Position numbers and translations under genes: made by a program. A DNA stretch of 64,000 nt. Origin: an uncultured Actinomycetes bacterium (lineage in GTDB: Bacteria; Actinomycetota; Thermoleophilia; Gaiellales; Gaiellaceae). The notes under the pieces were generated by a model. It had not been told where the DNA came from, made no database searches, and worked only from the letters and a program-made list of their open reading frames with translations. Shown piece after piece: positions 30,587-42,138 of this stretch (position 1 is its first letter; each line of letters opens with the position of its first letter). The DNA is taken from contig CAVXUY010000006.1 in NCBI GenBank assembly GCA_963765175.1, positions 24,211 through 88,210 on the forward strand, in the 5' to 3' direction.

Positions 30587-31506
30587 GCTGCCACCTCGTC
30601 CGTCAGAGTGAAGAACACTTCCTCGAGCGAGCTCCCGCGCCGTGCCAGCTCATGCAGGACGACGCGCTCGTCGTGGGCGAGCTCTCCTACCTGGGCGACG
30701 CCGAGACCCTCGATCATGAGCCGGTCGCCCCCCTCCTCGTACTCGACCCGGCCGCCGGCGCGCTGTACGGCAGTCGCGAGACGCTCGCGCGTCGGAGTGC
30801 TCACCAGTACGCCGCCGCCGCCGAGCTGCGCGAGCTCATCGATCGATCCTTGGTGCACGAGTCGACCCTTGTGGATCACGACGACGTCGTCGACCGTCTG
30901 CGCGGCCTCGCTCAGGACGTGGCTCGAGAGCAGGACCGTCCCGCCGCTCGCCGCGTGTTCGCGTAGGAACGTGCGCAGCCAGCGGATCCCCTGAGGATCG
31001 AGGCCGTTCAGGGGCTCGTCCAAGACCAGGATCTGCGGGTCGCCGAGCAAGGCCGAGGCGAGCCCCAGCCGTTGACGCATGCCCGTCGAATACGTTCCGA
31101 CCCGACGGCCGGCTGCCTGCTCGAGCTCGACGAGGGCGAGCACCTCCTCGACGCGGCTGCGCGGCAGCCGGGCCAAGGCCGCGAGAGAGAGAAGGTGGTT
31201 ACGCGCCGAGCGGCCGGGATGGGCGCCGCAGGGCTCGATGTAGACGCCGAGCGTGCCGGCGTCCGCTGCCGCCGACGCGACCGGGCTGCCGTTGACGAGC
31301 GCACGTCCGGCGGTCGGACGCGAGAGCCCGACGATCATCTTGAGCGCGGTTGTCTTGCCTGCGCCGTTCGGTCCGAGAAAGCCTGTCACCGCGCCCGCGC
31401 GAATGACGAACGACAGCCCGTCGACCGCTCTCACGTTGCCGTAGTGCTTTGTCAATGCCTCGACCTTGATCGGTGCAGCGACTCGGGAAGCCTGATGAGT
31501 AGTCAT
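30583..31506 (-). CDS. ABC transporter ATP-binding protein
   Basis: GPNGAGKTT, YSTGMRQRL, ILVLDEPL. Start at the internal ATG 31506. Confidence 0.9.
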   Translation of the reverse strand: MTTHQASRVAAPIKVEALTKHYGNVRAVDGLSFVIRAGAVTGFLGPNGAGKTTALKMIVGLSRPTAGRALVNGSPVASAAADAGTLGVYIEPCGAHPGRSARNHLLSLAALARLPRSRVEEVLALVELEQAAGRRVGTYSTGMRQRLGLASALLGDPQILVLDEPLNGLDPQGIRWLRTFLREHAASGGTVLLSSHVLSEAAQTVDDVVVIHKGRLVHQGSIDELAQLGGGGVLVSTPTRERLATAVQRAGGRVEYEEGGDRLMIEGLGVAQVGELAHDERVVLHELARRGSSLEEVFFTLTDEVAA

Positions 31507-31629
31507 GCAGAAAGGATCGGCGACGTTCGTCTCGCGCGCATCGGCGCGCGGGACGAAATTCGTCTTCGACCGAGGGCGAACGGCGACCACGCCACCCTCC
31601 GACCCTAGGAGGACTGAGGAACGATCCGG

Positions 31630-33474
31630 CTAGACGGGAGCGAGGCCGCGCGCCTTGCGGCTCGCAGCCGTCTGACGCCTCTGCGCGGACAGCTCGATCT
31701 TCCGCAGGCGCACGTCGTTCGGCGTCACCTCGACGCACTCGTCCTCGCGGATGTACTCGAGCGCCTGGTCGAGCGAGACCGGCCGCGGCGGGATCAGCCG
31801 GACGGTCGCGTCCGCGCTCGGCGCCCGCGTGTTCGTCAGCTTCTTCTCCTTCGTCGCGTTCACGTCGAGGTCTTCCGGGCGCGCGTTCTCTCCGACGATC
31901 ATCCCCTCGTACACGTCCACGCCCGGAGCGACGAAGAGCGAACCGCGCTCCTGGAGCGAGAGGATCGAGTAGGCGGTCGTCTTGCCTTGCCGATCGGCGA
32001 CGAGCGCGCCGGTCGGCCGGGTCCGGAGCTCGCCGGCCCACGGCTCGAAGCGCTCGAAGACGTGGTGCAGGATCCCGGTGCCGCGCGTCTCCGTCAGGAA
32101 CTCCGTGCGAAAGCCGATGAGGCCGCGCGCTGGTACGAGGACGTCCATTCGGATCCAGCCCGTGCCGTGGTTGACGAGCGCCTCCGTCCGTCCCTTGCGG
32201 AGCGCGAAGAGCTGCGTCACGACGCCGAGATACTCCTCCGGCGCGTCGATGGAGACACGCTCGACGGGCTCGTGCAGCACACCGTCGAGCTCGCGGGTCA
32301 CGACCTTCGGCTTGCCGATCGTCAGCTCGAACCCCTCGCGCCGCATCTGCTCGACGAGGACCGCGAGCTGGAGCTCTCCCCGGCCCTGCACCTCCCACGC
32401 GTCCGGCGACTCGGTCGGGAGGACGCGCAAGGAGACGTTGCCGACGAGCTCGGTGCGGAGCCGCGCCTCGACGAGGCTTGCGGTCACCTTGCTCCCGACG
32501 AGCCCGGCGAGGGGAGAGGTGTTGATGCCGATCGTCATCGAGAGCGACGGCTCGTCGATCGCTATGAGCGGGAGCGGGCGCGGATCGTCCGGCGCCGCAA
32601 GCGTCTCGCCGATGGTGATCTCCGGAATGCCCGCGACCGCGATGATCTCTCCCGGGCCGGCCTCCTCCGCCTCGACGCGATCGAGCGCCTCGGTCACGTA
32701 CAGCTCGGTCACCTTCGCCCGCTCGATCGTCCCGTCGGAGCGGCACCACGCGATCTGCTGCCCGCGCCTGATCCTCCCCTGCACGACGCGGCAGAGCGCG
32801 AGCCTCCCCAGATACGGCGACGCGTCGAGGTTCGTCACGAGCGCCTGGAGGGGATGCCCCTCCTCGTACGTCGGTGCGGGGATGCGCTCGAGGACGAGGT
32901 CGAGCAGCGGCCGTAGGTCCGGCTCGAGCGCGTCCGGATCGGGCTCGAGCGACGCGCGACCGGCCTTCGCGTTGCAGTACACGATCGGGAACTCGATCTG
33001 GCTCTCGTCGGCGTCGAGGTCGAGGAAGAGCTCGTAGACCTCGTTCACGACGCTGTCGATGCGGGCATCCGGCCGATCGACCTTGTTCACGACCAGGATC
33101 ACGGGCAGGCGGGCCTCGAGCGCCTTGCGCAGCACGAAGCGCGTCTGCGGCAGCGGGCCCTCGCTTGCGTCCACGAGCAGGAGCACGCCGTCGGCCATCG
33201 TCAGCCCGCGCTCGACCTCCCCGCCGAAGTCGGCATGGCCCGGCGTGTCGATGATGTTGATCTTCGTGTCGCCGTAGCGGACCGCCGTGTTCTTGGCGAG
33301 GATCGTGATCCCCTTCTCGCGTTCGAGGTCCATGGTGTCGAGCACGCGCTCGTTGACGTCCTGGTTCTCGCGGAAGGCGCCCGACTCCCAGAGGAGCGCG
33401 TCGACGAGCGTCGTTTTGCCGTGATCGACGTGTGCGACGATGGCGACGTTGCGAAGGTCTGAGCGAAGGGGCAC
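31630..33474 (-). CDS. typA: translational GTPase TypA/BipA
   Basis: [28 protein letters not shown], followed by EF-G-like domains. Start at GTG 33474; the upstream ORF-track codons are junk. Confidence 0.95.
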   Translation of the reverse strand: MPLRSDLRNVAIVAHVDHGKTTLVDALLWESGAFRENQDVNERVLDTMDLEREKGITILAKNTAVRYGDTKINIIDTPGHADFGGEVERGLTMADGVLLLVDASEGPLPQTRFVLRKALEARLPVILVVNKVDRPDARIDSVVNEVYELFLDLDADESQIEFPIVYCNAKAGRASLEPDPDALEPDLRPLLDLVLERIPAPTYEEGHPLQALVTNLDASPYLGRLALCRVVQGRIRRGQQIAWCRSDGTIERAKVTELYVTEALDRVEAEEAGPGEIIAVAGIPEITIGETLAAPDDPRPLPLIAIDEPSLSMTIGINTSPLAGLVGSKVTASLVEARLRTELVGNVSLRVLPTESPDAWEVQGRGELQLAVLVEQMRREGFELTIGKPKVVTRELDGVLHEPVERVSIDAPEEYLGVVTQLFALRKGRTEALVNHGTGWIRMDVLVPARGLIGFRTEFLTETRGTGILHHVFERFEPWAGELRTRPTGALVADRQGKTTAYSILSLQERGSLFVAPGVDVYEGMIVGENARPEDLDVNATKEKKLTNTRAPSADATVRLIPPRPVSLDQALEYIREDECVEVTPNDVRLRKIELSAQRRQTAASRKARGLAPV

Positions 33475-33712
33475 GGAGCGAGGGTATCGGCGGGGAACGC
33501 GGGCGGTGCGTCCACAGCTCAGCCTGTCAGGCAATTGCGAGCGTCGCCTGCGCGCCCGCTCTCCGCTTCGTCGACCTCGTGGGTGATCGGCGCGTTCGCG
33601 ATCTCCTCCCGGACGCTCCGAGGACGTGAAGCTGTCGGTCGCGGTGCTGCGTCGCAGCTCATCGCGCGATCTTCGGCCCACGCGGCTCGTCCTCGACGTC
33701 CGCGCGGTGCCT

Positions 33713-34225
33713 CTACAGCGAGTCGACGGTAGCCCGCAAGGCGTCGTGGTCGTAGCCACCGATGTGCATCGCGCCGTTCAGGAAGAGCGTTGGCGTCCCC
33801 TGCGCACCGGAGGTAAGCGCGGAAGCGGCGTCCTCGCGCACCCGCTGCCAGAGCGCGTCCCGCTCGAGGTCGCCGCGCAACCGAGCCTCGTCGAGCCCGA
33901 CCTCACGCGCGTACGCGAAGAGATCGTCCTCGCCGAGTGCCTTCTGGCGGTGGAAGAGCAGCTCGTGCATCGGCCAGAAGAGGCCCTGCGCCGCGGCGCC
34001 CTCGGCGACGCCCGCCGCGGCAAGCGCGTGCGGGTGGATCTCCGTCAGAGGGAAGTGCCTGAAGACGAAGCGCAGCGACGAGTCTTCCGCTTGCAGCTGC
34101 TCGATGTTGCGAAAGGCCTGGCGCGAGTAGGGGCACTCGTAGTCGCCGTACTCCAGGATGACCACGCCCTCACCGCCGCGCCAGTGATCGCGAGCAGCAT
34201 CGAACGGAGGCACGAGCACACTCAT
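33713..34225 (-). CDS. DsbA/thioredoxin-fold protein with a CPYS (monothiol) site
   Basis: 170 aa; [16 protein letters not shown] ... [13 protein letters not shown] overlap with the hemerythrin gene. Confidence 0.8.
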   Translation of the reverse strand: MSVLVPPFDAARDHWRGGEGVVILEYGDYECPYSRQAFRNIEQLQAEDSSLRFVFRHFPLTEIHPHALAAAGVAEGAAAQGLFWPMHELLFHRQKALGEDDLFAYAREVGLDEARLRGDLERDALWQRVREDAASALTSGAQGTPTLFLNGAMHIGGYDHDALRATVDSL

Positions 34226-34767
34226 CCCGAGGTGGGACCCATCCACGGGGGATCGGGCAGCCGTCGCGCCGTGCCGGCGATGTTCAGCTCTTCGTACTCG
34301 AGGTGGGCGAGCAGGCCTCCCTCGAGCACCTCGAGCGCCTCTGCGACGGCACGTCGGGCGGGTTGGCTCTCGTCCTCGCTCAGCGCTCGGGCTGCGGCTT
34401 CGACAGCGTCGAGGTGGTCGGAAACCTTGCGGTGGTCGGCCCTCAGCTGCTCGACGACCGGCCGGATCGCCGGGTTGGTCTCCTCGAGCTCGTCGAAGAA
34501 CTCCCTGTCCTCGGCGTTGTGGTGCATGTGGACGAACCCGCAGTAGCTCAAGCAGCTCACCTGGAACCGCCACAGCATGCCGTTCCTCTTCAGCTCCCCG
34601 AGCTCCTCGTGCACGTCGTCTGCAGGAAGGCCGTCCTGGACCGCGGCCGCGAGGCGCTCCACCGTGGTGAGGTCGCGGCGAATCAGCGCATGGACCGCGA
34701 GCAGGCTCTGGTACAGCATGCGCCCGCGGACGGTTTCCGGACGGTCTTCGAAGACGGGCACGGTCAT
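34222..34767 (-). CDS. hemerythrin (HHE cation-binding) domain protein
   Basis: 181 aa; HMHHNAEDREFF, ADHRKV, HLEYEE motifs. AGGAGG RBS. Confidence 0.8.
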   Translation of the reverse strand: MTVPVFEDRPETVRGRMLYQSLLAVHALIRRDLTTVERLAAAVQDGLPADDVHEELGELKRNGMLWRFQVSCLSYCGFVHMHHNAEDREFFDELEETNPAIRPVVEQLRADHRKVSDHLDAVEAAARALSEDESQPARRAVAEALEVLEGGLLAHLEYEELNIAGTARRLPDPPWMGPTSG

Positions 34768-34825
34768 GCGCCTGAGCCCTCCTATGCGGCTCGCCGCTCG
34801 CCGACCCGTTCGCGCACTTGCCGGC

Positions 34826-36859
34826 TCAAGTGTGGGCCGGTCCAGTGGCCTGCGCGGCATCGGGTGAGGCGCTCGACATCCCGTGGGCTGCCACGGCGTG
34901 CTCTCGAGCCGGGTCCGTCGCGGTCCGCGTGACTCCGGCGGCCGCATAGGCTTCGTCCTCGTCGAGAGTCTCGTGCTCGAGCAGCGCTTGCGCGAGCGAA
35001 TCGAGCTTGTCCCGGTTCTCCCGCAGCAGGGCGACGACCTGCTCGTGCGCATCGTCGACGATCCGCCGCATCTCCTCGTCGATCAGCTGCTGTGTCCGCT
35101 GCGAGACCTCGGAGGTTCCGGGGAAGACCGGACCACGGCCGTCGGTGGGGAGGACGGCGAGCGGCCCCACCTTGTCGCTCATGCCCCAGCGGCCGACCAT
35201 TGCGCGTGCGATCTCGGTCAGCTGCTGGATGTCCGACTCGGCGCCGGTCGTCGGCTGCGCGTAGACGATCTCCTCGGCGCCGCGCCCGCCGAGGGCGACC
35301 TTGATCCGCGCCAGCAGCTCCCGCTCCTGATAGCTGTAGCGGTCGGCGTCCGGCGCGGAGAAGGTCACGCCCAGCGAAGTCGCGCGCGGAATGATCGAGA
35401 TCTTCCGCACGGGGTCTGCCCCCTCGGTGAGCATGCCGACGATCGCGTGGCCAGCTTCGTGATAGGCCGTGCGGCGCCGGTCTTCCGGGCCGATCATGAT
35501 CTGCCGCTCGGCACCGAGCACGATCCGCTCCAAGGCGTCCGTGAAGTCGGATTCCTCGACCGCCTCGTGCTCGCGCCGCGCCGCCAGGAGAGCGGCCTCG
35601 TTGACGAGGTTGGCCAGGTCGGCACCGACCATCCCTGGAGTGTTGGCCGCGATCCGGCCCAGGTCGACGTTCGGCGCGAGCGGCACGCCGCGCGCGTGCA
35701 CCTGCAGGATCTGCTCACGGCCGGCGCGGTCGGGTGGCTGCACGGCGACACGGCGGTCGAAACGACCGGGGCGGAGGAGCGCCTGGTCGAGCACTTCTGG
35801 GCGGTTGGTCGCGCCGATGACGATCACGCTGGTCGAAGAGTCGAACCCGTCCATCTCCGTCAAGATCTGGTTCAGCGTCTGCTCGCGCTCGTCGTTTCCG
35901 CCGCTGAAGCCCGCGATCCCGGCGGTGCGCGAACGACCGATCGCGTCGAGCTCGTCGATGAAGACGATCGCCGGAGCCGCCTCCTTGGCCTGCGCGAAGA
36001 GATCGCGTACCCGCGAGGCGCCGATGCCGACGATCGCCTCGACGAACTCGGAGGCGGACAGGGAGAAGAAGGGCACGTCGGCCTCCCCTGCCACCGCCCG
36101 CGCGAGCAGCGTCTTGCCGGTGCCGGGCGGACCGACGAGCAGCACACCGGCGGGAACACGGCCTCCCAGCCGCCGGTACTTGTCGGGCCGGCGCAGGAAG
36201 TCGACAACCTCGACCAGCTCACTCTCGGCTTCCTCGACGCCTGCGACGTCGGCGAACGTCACCTTGTCGCCGGATGGCTCGTAGCGGCGTGCCCGCGAGC
36301 GGCCGAATGCCCCGAGCGCGCTCTGGGCGCTGCCCGCTCGGCGCAGGAAGAAGATGAGGAGCCCGACGAGCAGGAGCGTCGGGCCGAAGCCGATGAGCAG
36401 CGTCTGCCACCAAGGCGAGCCCGTGTCGAGCGGCTCGGCATTGACGATCACGTCGGCGCTCTCGAGCAACGCCGAGAGCGCGTCGGTGTCGGCGAAGGCA
36501 GGAATCTCGGTCTCGAACTTGCTCGCCAGCTCCGAGTCCTCATAGCGTGTGGGATTCTTGAACGTTCCCTGGATCGTCGTGCCCTCGGACGTGATCTCGG
36601 CGACCTGTCCCTCACCAACTCGCTCGAGGAAAAAGGGGCTGTAGGGCACGCTGAGCCGCGGCTCGTCGTCCGTCGCCCGCGTGCCCACGTAGTAGTTGAG
36701 GGCGAGCGACGCGAGCAGTAGCGCGATCCACCACCAGCGGAGGCGGCGTCGCTGCGGAGGAGTCGCTGCTGAGCCGGGCGGGGGCTCCGGCGCTCGCGGC
36801 GAGCTTGACGCCTGCGGCCGGTCGCCTCGCTGTGGGCCTTCCGCCTCCGGCTCTGTCAC
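34826..36859 (-). CDS. ftsH: ATP-dependent zinc metalloprotease FtsH
   Basis: Two N-terminal TM helices, [30 protein letters not shown] region, HEAGHA. Confidence 0.95.
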   Translation of the reverse strand: MTEPEAEGPQRGDRPQASSSPRAPEPPPGSAATPPQRRRLRWWWIALLLASLALNYYVGTRATDDEPRLSVPYSPFFLERVGEGQVAEITSEGTTIQGTFKNPTRYEDSELASKFETEIPAFADTDALSALLESADVIVNAEPLDTGSPWWQTLLIGFGPTLLLVGLLIFFLRRAGSAQSALGAFGRSRARRYEPSGDKVTFADVAGVEEAESELVEVVDFLRRPDKYRRLGGRVPAGVLLVGPPGTGKTLLARAVAGEADVPFFSLSASEFVEAIVGIGASRVRDLFAQAKEAAPAIVFIDELDAIGRSRTAGIAGFSGGNDEREQTLNQILTEMDGFDSSTSVIVIGATNRPEVLDQALLRPGRFDRRVAVQPPDRAGREQILQVHARGVPLAPNVDLGRIAANTPGMVGADLANLVNEAALLAARREHEAVEESDFTDALERIVLGAERQIMIGPEDRRRTAYHEAGHAIVGMLTEGADPVRKISIIPRATSLGVTFSAPDADRYSYQERELLARIKVALGGRGAEEIVYAQPTTGAESDIQQLTEIARAMVGRWGMSDKVGPLAVLPTDGRGPVFPGTSEVSQRTQQLIDEEMRRIVDDAHEQVVALLRENRDKLDSLAQALLEHETLDEDEAYAAAGVTRTATDPAREHAVAAHGMSSASPDAAQATGPAHT

Positions 36860-37182
36860 TGCGCTTCCTCGTCGACCGTCCGCTCAGCCGTGGGGACAGC
36901 TTCGAGGCGCTCGTCCGGGATGGGCTTGCCGCTCTCGATCGAGAGGCCGTACGTCCCGGCCGCGAGGCGCGCCTCGGCACGGACGACGGCGGCGAGCTCT
37001 TCGCGTAGATCGTCTGCGAGACCCTCCTCGAACTCGTCCTCGTACAGCTCGGACGCCAGGTTGGCCGGGTCCACCTCGTCCGCCGGCTCGCCGGTGTCCT
37101 GCGGCCCCAGGTGGGCGAGCGCTCGCTCGATCCGGGCGCGCTCGGCGGCCAGCAGCTCGCGGGCTCGGTCTGGATCCATCAA
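36856..37182 (-). CDS. DksA/TraR-like protein lacking the Cys4 zinc finger
   Basis: 108 aa; coiled-coil N-terminus, then [28 protein letters not shown] where CxxC...CxxC is expected. GTGA overlap with the ftsH start. Confidence 0.6.
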   Translation of the reverse strand: MMDPDRARELLAAERARIERALAHLGPQDTGEPADEVDPANLASELYEDEFEEGLADDLREELAAVVRAEARLAAGTYGLSIESGKPIPDERLEAVPTAERTVDEEAQ

Positions 37183-37384
37183 GCCACGTTACCCAGATGC
37201 GAACTCTCGCCGCCGACGAGTCGCTGTCACTCACGCGCCCAGGAACGTGGCCCGGGCACAGCGGCGCGCACTTCCTCGCCGGCCGCCCGAGGATCAGGCG
37301 GAAGCTCGATCGACATCTTGGTTCCGCCTCCCGCGTTCGCGAGCTCGTCGCGGAGCAGCTCGAACCAACGTGCCGACGCCTAAG

Positions 37385-37600
37385 ATGCCGAACATGGGTA
37401 TCGGAAACTGGATTCGTGGGCTCTTTTCGTCCAGCGGTCCGGACGATGAAGCGGCCGAACGCGAGGAGTACGGCGTCTCCGATCGCGGCGAGCTGGAGGT
37501 CGAGCGGGACAAGGCTGCGCCCTTCGCGGGATCCGAAACAGCCGAGGCGGCGGAGGCGGAACTCGATCAGCTCAAGAGCCCGCGCGATCCGGCCGAGTGA
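37385..37600 (+). CDS. hypothetical small acidic protein (71 aa)
   Basis: ATG-initiated and coding-like, but codon usage is the only support. Confidence 0.3.
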   Translation: MPNMGIGNWIRGLFSSSGPDDEAAEREEYGVSDRGELEVERDKAAPFAGSETAEAAEAELDQLKSPRDPAE

Positions 37601-37907
37601 CCGACCAAGGGTCCGAAGGCGTCGTGGTCGGTACTTCGAGCTTCGCCTATGGCGCCAAGAAGCTACGGCGTCTCGCCGGGCGCTGACGGGGCTGTTCTTC
37701 CGGAGGCGGTTGGAGGCGCCGCCGGGCGGCGAGCCGAACGCCGGGGCGCTGCAACGCGACCCGGGCTTACGGCGTCCACCTAGCCGAGAGCATCGGAGCG
37801 TCCGGGTTCCCACTTCGCCAAACGAGGATGCTGTCCTGAAGAAGTCCACCGTGTGTCGCCCTCCCCCGATTCGGCTGCAATGGAGGCGGGGGATACACGG
37901 GTTCAGA

Positions 37908-37980
37908 TGGGCCGGGTTGGGATCGAACCAACGACCTTGGGATTAAAAGTCCCCTGCTCTACCAACTGAGCTACCGGCCC
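37908..37980 (-). tRNA. tRNA-Lys (anticodon UUU)
   Basis: Reverse strand GGGCCGGTAGCTCAGTTGGTAGAGCAGGGGACTTTTAATCCCAAGGTCGTTGGTTCGATCCCAACCCGGCCCA folds as a cloverleaf with loop CU-UUU-AA. No encoded CCA. Confidence 0.9.
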
Positions 37981-38099
37981 GCGCGGTCAGTGTAGAAGCG
38001 AGAACGTGCCGGTCCGGTGAGGACGCCGCTTGCCGATTCACAACCCGAGCGCCCAGGTGTAGAGTCGCCGCGTCAGTCCCAACAGGGGGGAGAGAACCT

Positions 38100-41000
38100 A
38101 TGACACGCCGGCTCGTGCTGGTGCCCGCGCTCGTCGCGGTCCTTTCACTGTTCATCCTTGCGGTCGTCGGTGGGGCGGCTGCACACGGCAGTAAGCAGAA
38201 GAACAAAGCGGACTTCGATTTCTCGACGAAGGTCGTGCTCTTCGCGTCCGACGGGATGCGGCCCGATCTCGTCGACAAGTACGCGAAGAAGGGTCTCCTG
38301 CCCGAGATGGACGAGCTCATGGACGACGGGCTGAAGGGCAAGAACGGGCTGCTCCAGGCGTTCCCGCCGAACACCGGCGTCGGCTGGGCGTCCCTCGCCA
38401 CCGGTGCGTGGCCGTCCTCGCACGGCTCGACGAACAACACGTTCCACCGGACGGGCGAGGGCGAACTTCAACAACTCGACGAGCTTCGCCAACAGCCGGG
38501 AGTCCTCCAGGCGGACACGATCGCCCAGGCGGCCGAGCGCGCCGGGAAGAAGGTCGTGGCCATGGAGTGGGTCGCGGCGCGCGGCTACACGCCCGCGCTG
38601 CAGGGGCCGGTCGTCGACTTCCGGAGCGTTCTTCGGCGGTCGCGGGATCACGCTCAACTTCGACATCCCCGGGCAGACCGCCGCGGCCTTCGGAGTCCAG
38701 TACCAGCAGCAGGAGCTCGGCAGGCGGCGTCCGGGTGGACGAACGTTCCGACGTCGTTCAGCCCCGCGAAGCAGACCTCGTTCTCGCAGAGCAACAGCCT
38801 CAGATCCCGGGGACGGCGTCTGGGACGTCTACGTCTACGACTCGACGAACGACGGCGCGGTCAACTATGACCGTGTGCTCGTCGTGAACGCGTCCAACTC
38901 GAAGAACGGCGGCACGGCCGTCGCGACGCTCGCGCAGGGCGAGTGGGCCGACGCCAAGGTGACGCTTCGTCGGCGACGGGCACGGTCGCCGGCAAGACCG
39001 CCGGCTTCTACATGAAGCTGATCGACCTCTCCGCCGGACGCGGAGACGTTCCGCCTCTACTTCACGTCGGTCCAGCGCGCGAACGCCACTTACAACGCGC
39101 TCGGGCGCGCACGGCTCGACCGCCTTCGAGGAGACGCTCAACCACGACTTCCCTACCTCGACCGCGGCAGATTTCGCGCCGCTCGAGGCGGGGATCGTCG
39201 ACGAGGACACGTACATCGAGCAGGGCCTGATGTGGAAGGACGCCCACTGGGCGTACCTCAAGTACATCATCAAGAGCCTCGGCTAAAGCCCGACCTACTC
39301 ATGGTCGGGACCCCGACGACGGACGAGTTCCAGCACCAGTTCATGGGGCTCATCACGCCGAAGGCCATCGACGGCAGGCCGAACCCCTACTTCGACGACC
39401 TCACGAACGACGACATCCCGGACGGGCGCATCGGCGATCCGCGAGGGCTACATCCGGTCGGCGTACCAGGAGGCGGACCGAACGCTCGCGCTGGCGCGTG
39501 ACCTCGTCGGCGGCGACCCGACGACGTTCGTCTCCTCGGACCACGGCTTCGCGCCGCAGTGGTACGCGGTCAACGTCAGCGAGGTGCTCGTCGACCTCGG
39601 GCTCCAGGAGCGCGAGCAGAGCGGGCAACTGCCGGAAAGCGGCGAACGACCGCGGCCACGCCACGACGCCCGGGCGACACGCTCGCGAAGGAGTGCCACG
39701 CGGGCGGCACCTCGCAGATCTACATCAACCTCGCCGGGCGCGACCCGGCCGCGGGGAACACTCCGCAAGTGCCGGCCGCGAACTACGAGGCGGTGCGGAA
39801 CCAGATCATCACGGCCTTCCAGAACCTGACCGACCCGGCGAACCCGGGCGCGAAGGTCGTGGCGCATGTTTTCAAGAAGGAGGAGCTGCGGGACGTCGAC
39901 GGCACGGACGCGCTGCATCCGAACCGCTCCGGCGACGTCGTTGTCGTCTTCCATCCGCCGTACCAGACGGACGCGCAGACGCCGGGCCAGACGATCGCGT
40001 TCTCGCAGTTCTTCGGCCAGCACGGCTACACGCCGGACCTCGTCAACCTCAAGCGAAACGTCAACATGCATGCGACGTTCATCGCGTCCGGGCCAGGGCA
40101 TCCGCGAGACGCGGTAGAAGATCCGCGGCGTGCGCGCGATCGACGTCGCCCCGACGATCGCGTTCCTCCTGGGGATCCCCGGCCCGCAGAACGCGCAGGG
40201 CAAGATCCTCTACGACATCGTCGACTTCGGCCACGGTCGGCCAAGGCCATGGCAGAAAGGCCCGACCGAGATCACGATCCTCGACATCTCCGACTACCAC
40301 GGCCAGCTCGTGCCGCTGTCCGAGGCGGCGGACAACTCTCCCCGCCGCGCCGCCGCGCCCGTGAATCCGCTGTTCAACATCGGCGGCTCGGCGTTCCTGA
40401 AGCCGTGGTTCGACGAGTACCGCAAGGAGGCGCGAGACGGCTCGATCACGATCGCAGCCGGCGACTCGGTGGGCGCGACGCCGCCGATCTCGAGCTTCTT
40501 CGGCGACACGCCCACGATGGAGCTCATGAACCTGATGGGCTTCTCGGCCGACGGGCTCGGGAACCACAACTTCGACAAGGGGCAGCAGTACCTGCGCAAC
40601 ACGCTGATACCCGCTGGCGAACTTCCCGTTCATCTCGGCGAACGTCGTCGACGCCGACCGGGAAGACGCCGGCACAGTGGCAGCCCGTCGAAACCTTCGA
40701 GTTCGGCAACGGCGTCGACCTCGAGCTGGTCGGGTTCACGAACGAGGACGCTCCGCTCCTCGTCTTCCCGAACGCCTTCGATCCGTTCCAGGTCACGAAC
40801 GCTACTGCGGCGGTGAACGCGGCCGCTGCGAAGGCCACGAAGGCGGAGGCGGTCGTCGCGTTCGGCCATCTGGGAGCGACGGCGGGCACGCTGACGAGCT
40901 CCGCGGGGCCGCTCGTCGACCTCGCCGACAACGTCACGAACGTCGATGCCGTCATCGGCGACCACACCAACTTCCAGGTCCTGTCGACCCGGCCGAACGG

Positions 41001-41911
41001 TGTGCTCGTCACCGAGAACCTGAGCAAGGGCGTCCGCTTCACGCGGGTCCGGCTCGTGGTGCTCGGGGGCGAGCGTGATCTACAAGACCGCCGACTTCCA
41101 CCGGCCGTGGAACATCGGCGTCACGCCGGATCCGGAGATCCAGGCGCGGATCGACGAGCTGAACGCGCAGATCGCTCCGATCCTGGACGACCTGGTCGGG
41201 AACTCGTCGCGCGTCGTCCCGCGGTCGGACGCAGTGCGGGCAGCGTGACGGGGCGTTTGTGCGAGTCGCTGATCGGCAACGTCGTCACCGACTCGCTGCG
41301 GACGGCGTTCCCGGCGGCCACGCCGGCGATCGACTTCGCGATCACGAACTCCGGCGGCCTGCGAGACGCGCCTGACGTGCCCGACGACGGACAACCCGTC
41401 CGACTTCTGTCCGCCGTTCACGCCGCCGCCGTTCCCGATCACGAAGGGACAGGTCCTGACCGTGCTTCCGTTCGGGAACACGGTCGTGACGCGCGACGAT
41501 CGACGGGGCGGACGCTGAAGACGATGCTCGAGAACGTGGCGTCTCGGCAGATGCCTGCGGCCAACGGGCGCTTCCCACAGGTCTCAGGGCTGTGCTTCAC
41601 GTACAACATCGCGGCCGCCGCCGGGAGCCGCGTGACGCGCGTCGTCCGGCAGGCCGCGGACGGCACGTGTACAGGGGCACCGGTGACGTTCGGGGCCGGA
41701 GACAGCTACCGCTCGCCACGAACGACTTCATGTCGTTCGGCGGCGACGGGTATCCGAACCTCGTCGCGCAGCTCGATACGCCGTCGATCATGACGATGGA
41801 CGAGCGACTCGATCACGTACCTCGAGGCGAACCCGGCGATCAGCCCAGCGATTCAGGGGCGGATCAACTGCCGACCGGCGGCGACTTGCCCGGTCGATTA
41901 CCTCGCCGTAA
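38100..41911 (+). pseudogene. secreted nucleotide pyrophosphatase/phosphodiesterase (AlkP superfamily) fused to a 5'-nucleotidase (metallophosphatase plus C-terminal domain), heavily frameshifted
   Basis: Signal peptide MTRRLVLVPALVAVLSLF, then SDGMRPD..PPNTGVGWASLATGAWPSSHG, SSDHGF, IDVAPTIAFLLGIP, ILDISDYHGQ, GNHNFD, CESLIGNVVTD, LATNDFMSFGGDGYP. These segments are spread over all three frames with roughly 20 frame changes. Confidence 0.85.
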
Positions 41912-41923
41912 TCGACTCGGACT

Positions 41924-41947
41924 GGGGCCGGCCTTCGGGCCGGCCCC
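41924..41947 (+). terminator. hairpin after the pseudogene
   Basis: GGGGCCGGCC-TTCG-GGCCGGCCCC, 13 nt after TAA 41909-41911. Confidence 0.6.
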
Positions 41948-42138
41948 ATCCTGCCTGGAACCGAATCGCGACGGCGAGCGCCGCGGTGCCGGCCACGAGC
42001 GAGACCACGTTCGGGACGACGATCGCGCCGTTCCCGAGCGCGACTCCGTATGCGAGCCATCGCCCTCGGTTCACCAGACCGGCACCGGAAGGTTCCCGAA
42101 TTGGGCTGGATCCAGCGGTTTTACGCTCGGGACGGCCG

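Noticed and set aside
37183-37384. 29-codon ORF (MSIELPPDPRAAGEEVRAAV...) with a GGGAGG RBS on the minus strand, resembling an acyl-CoA dehydrogenase N-terminus
   Set aside because: Too short to support. It is probably a remnant or chance.
40115-40117. An in-frame TAG as a true nonsense mutation in the phosphodiesterase pseudogene
   Set aside because: A single frame hop at the adjacent GATC (40120) explains the same junction without a nonsense codon. It therefore cannot be used as evidence against sequencing error.
41898-42074. 58-codon minus-strand ORF (VNRGRWLAYGVALGNGAIVVPNVVSLVAGTAALAVAIRFQ...) downstream of the DUF2087 gene
   Set aside because: It looks coding-like and TM-like, but it is below the ORF-track length cutoff, has no clear RBS, and overlaps the terminator hairpin and the pseudogene 3' end. 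Conservation data are needed.
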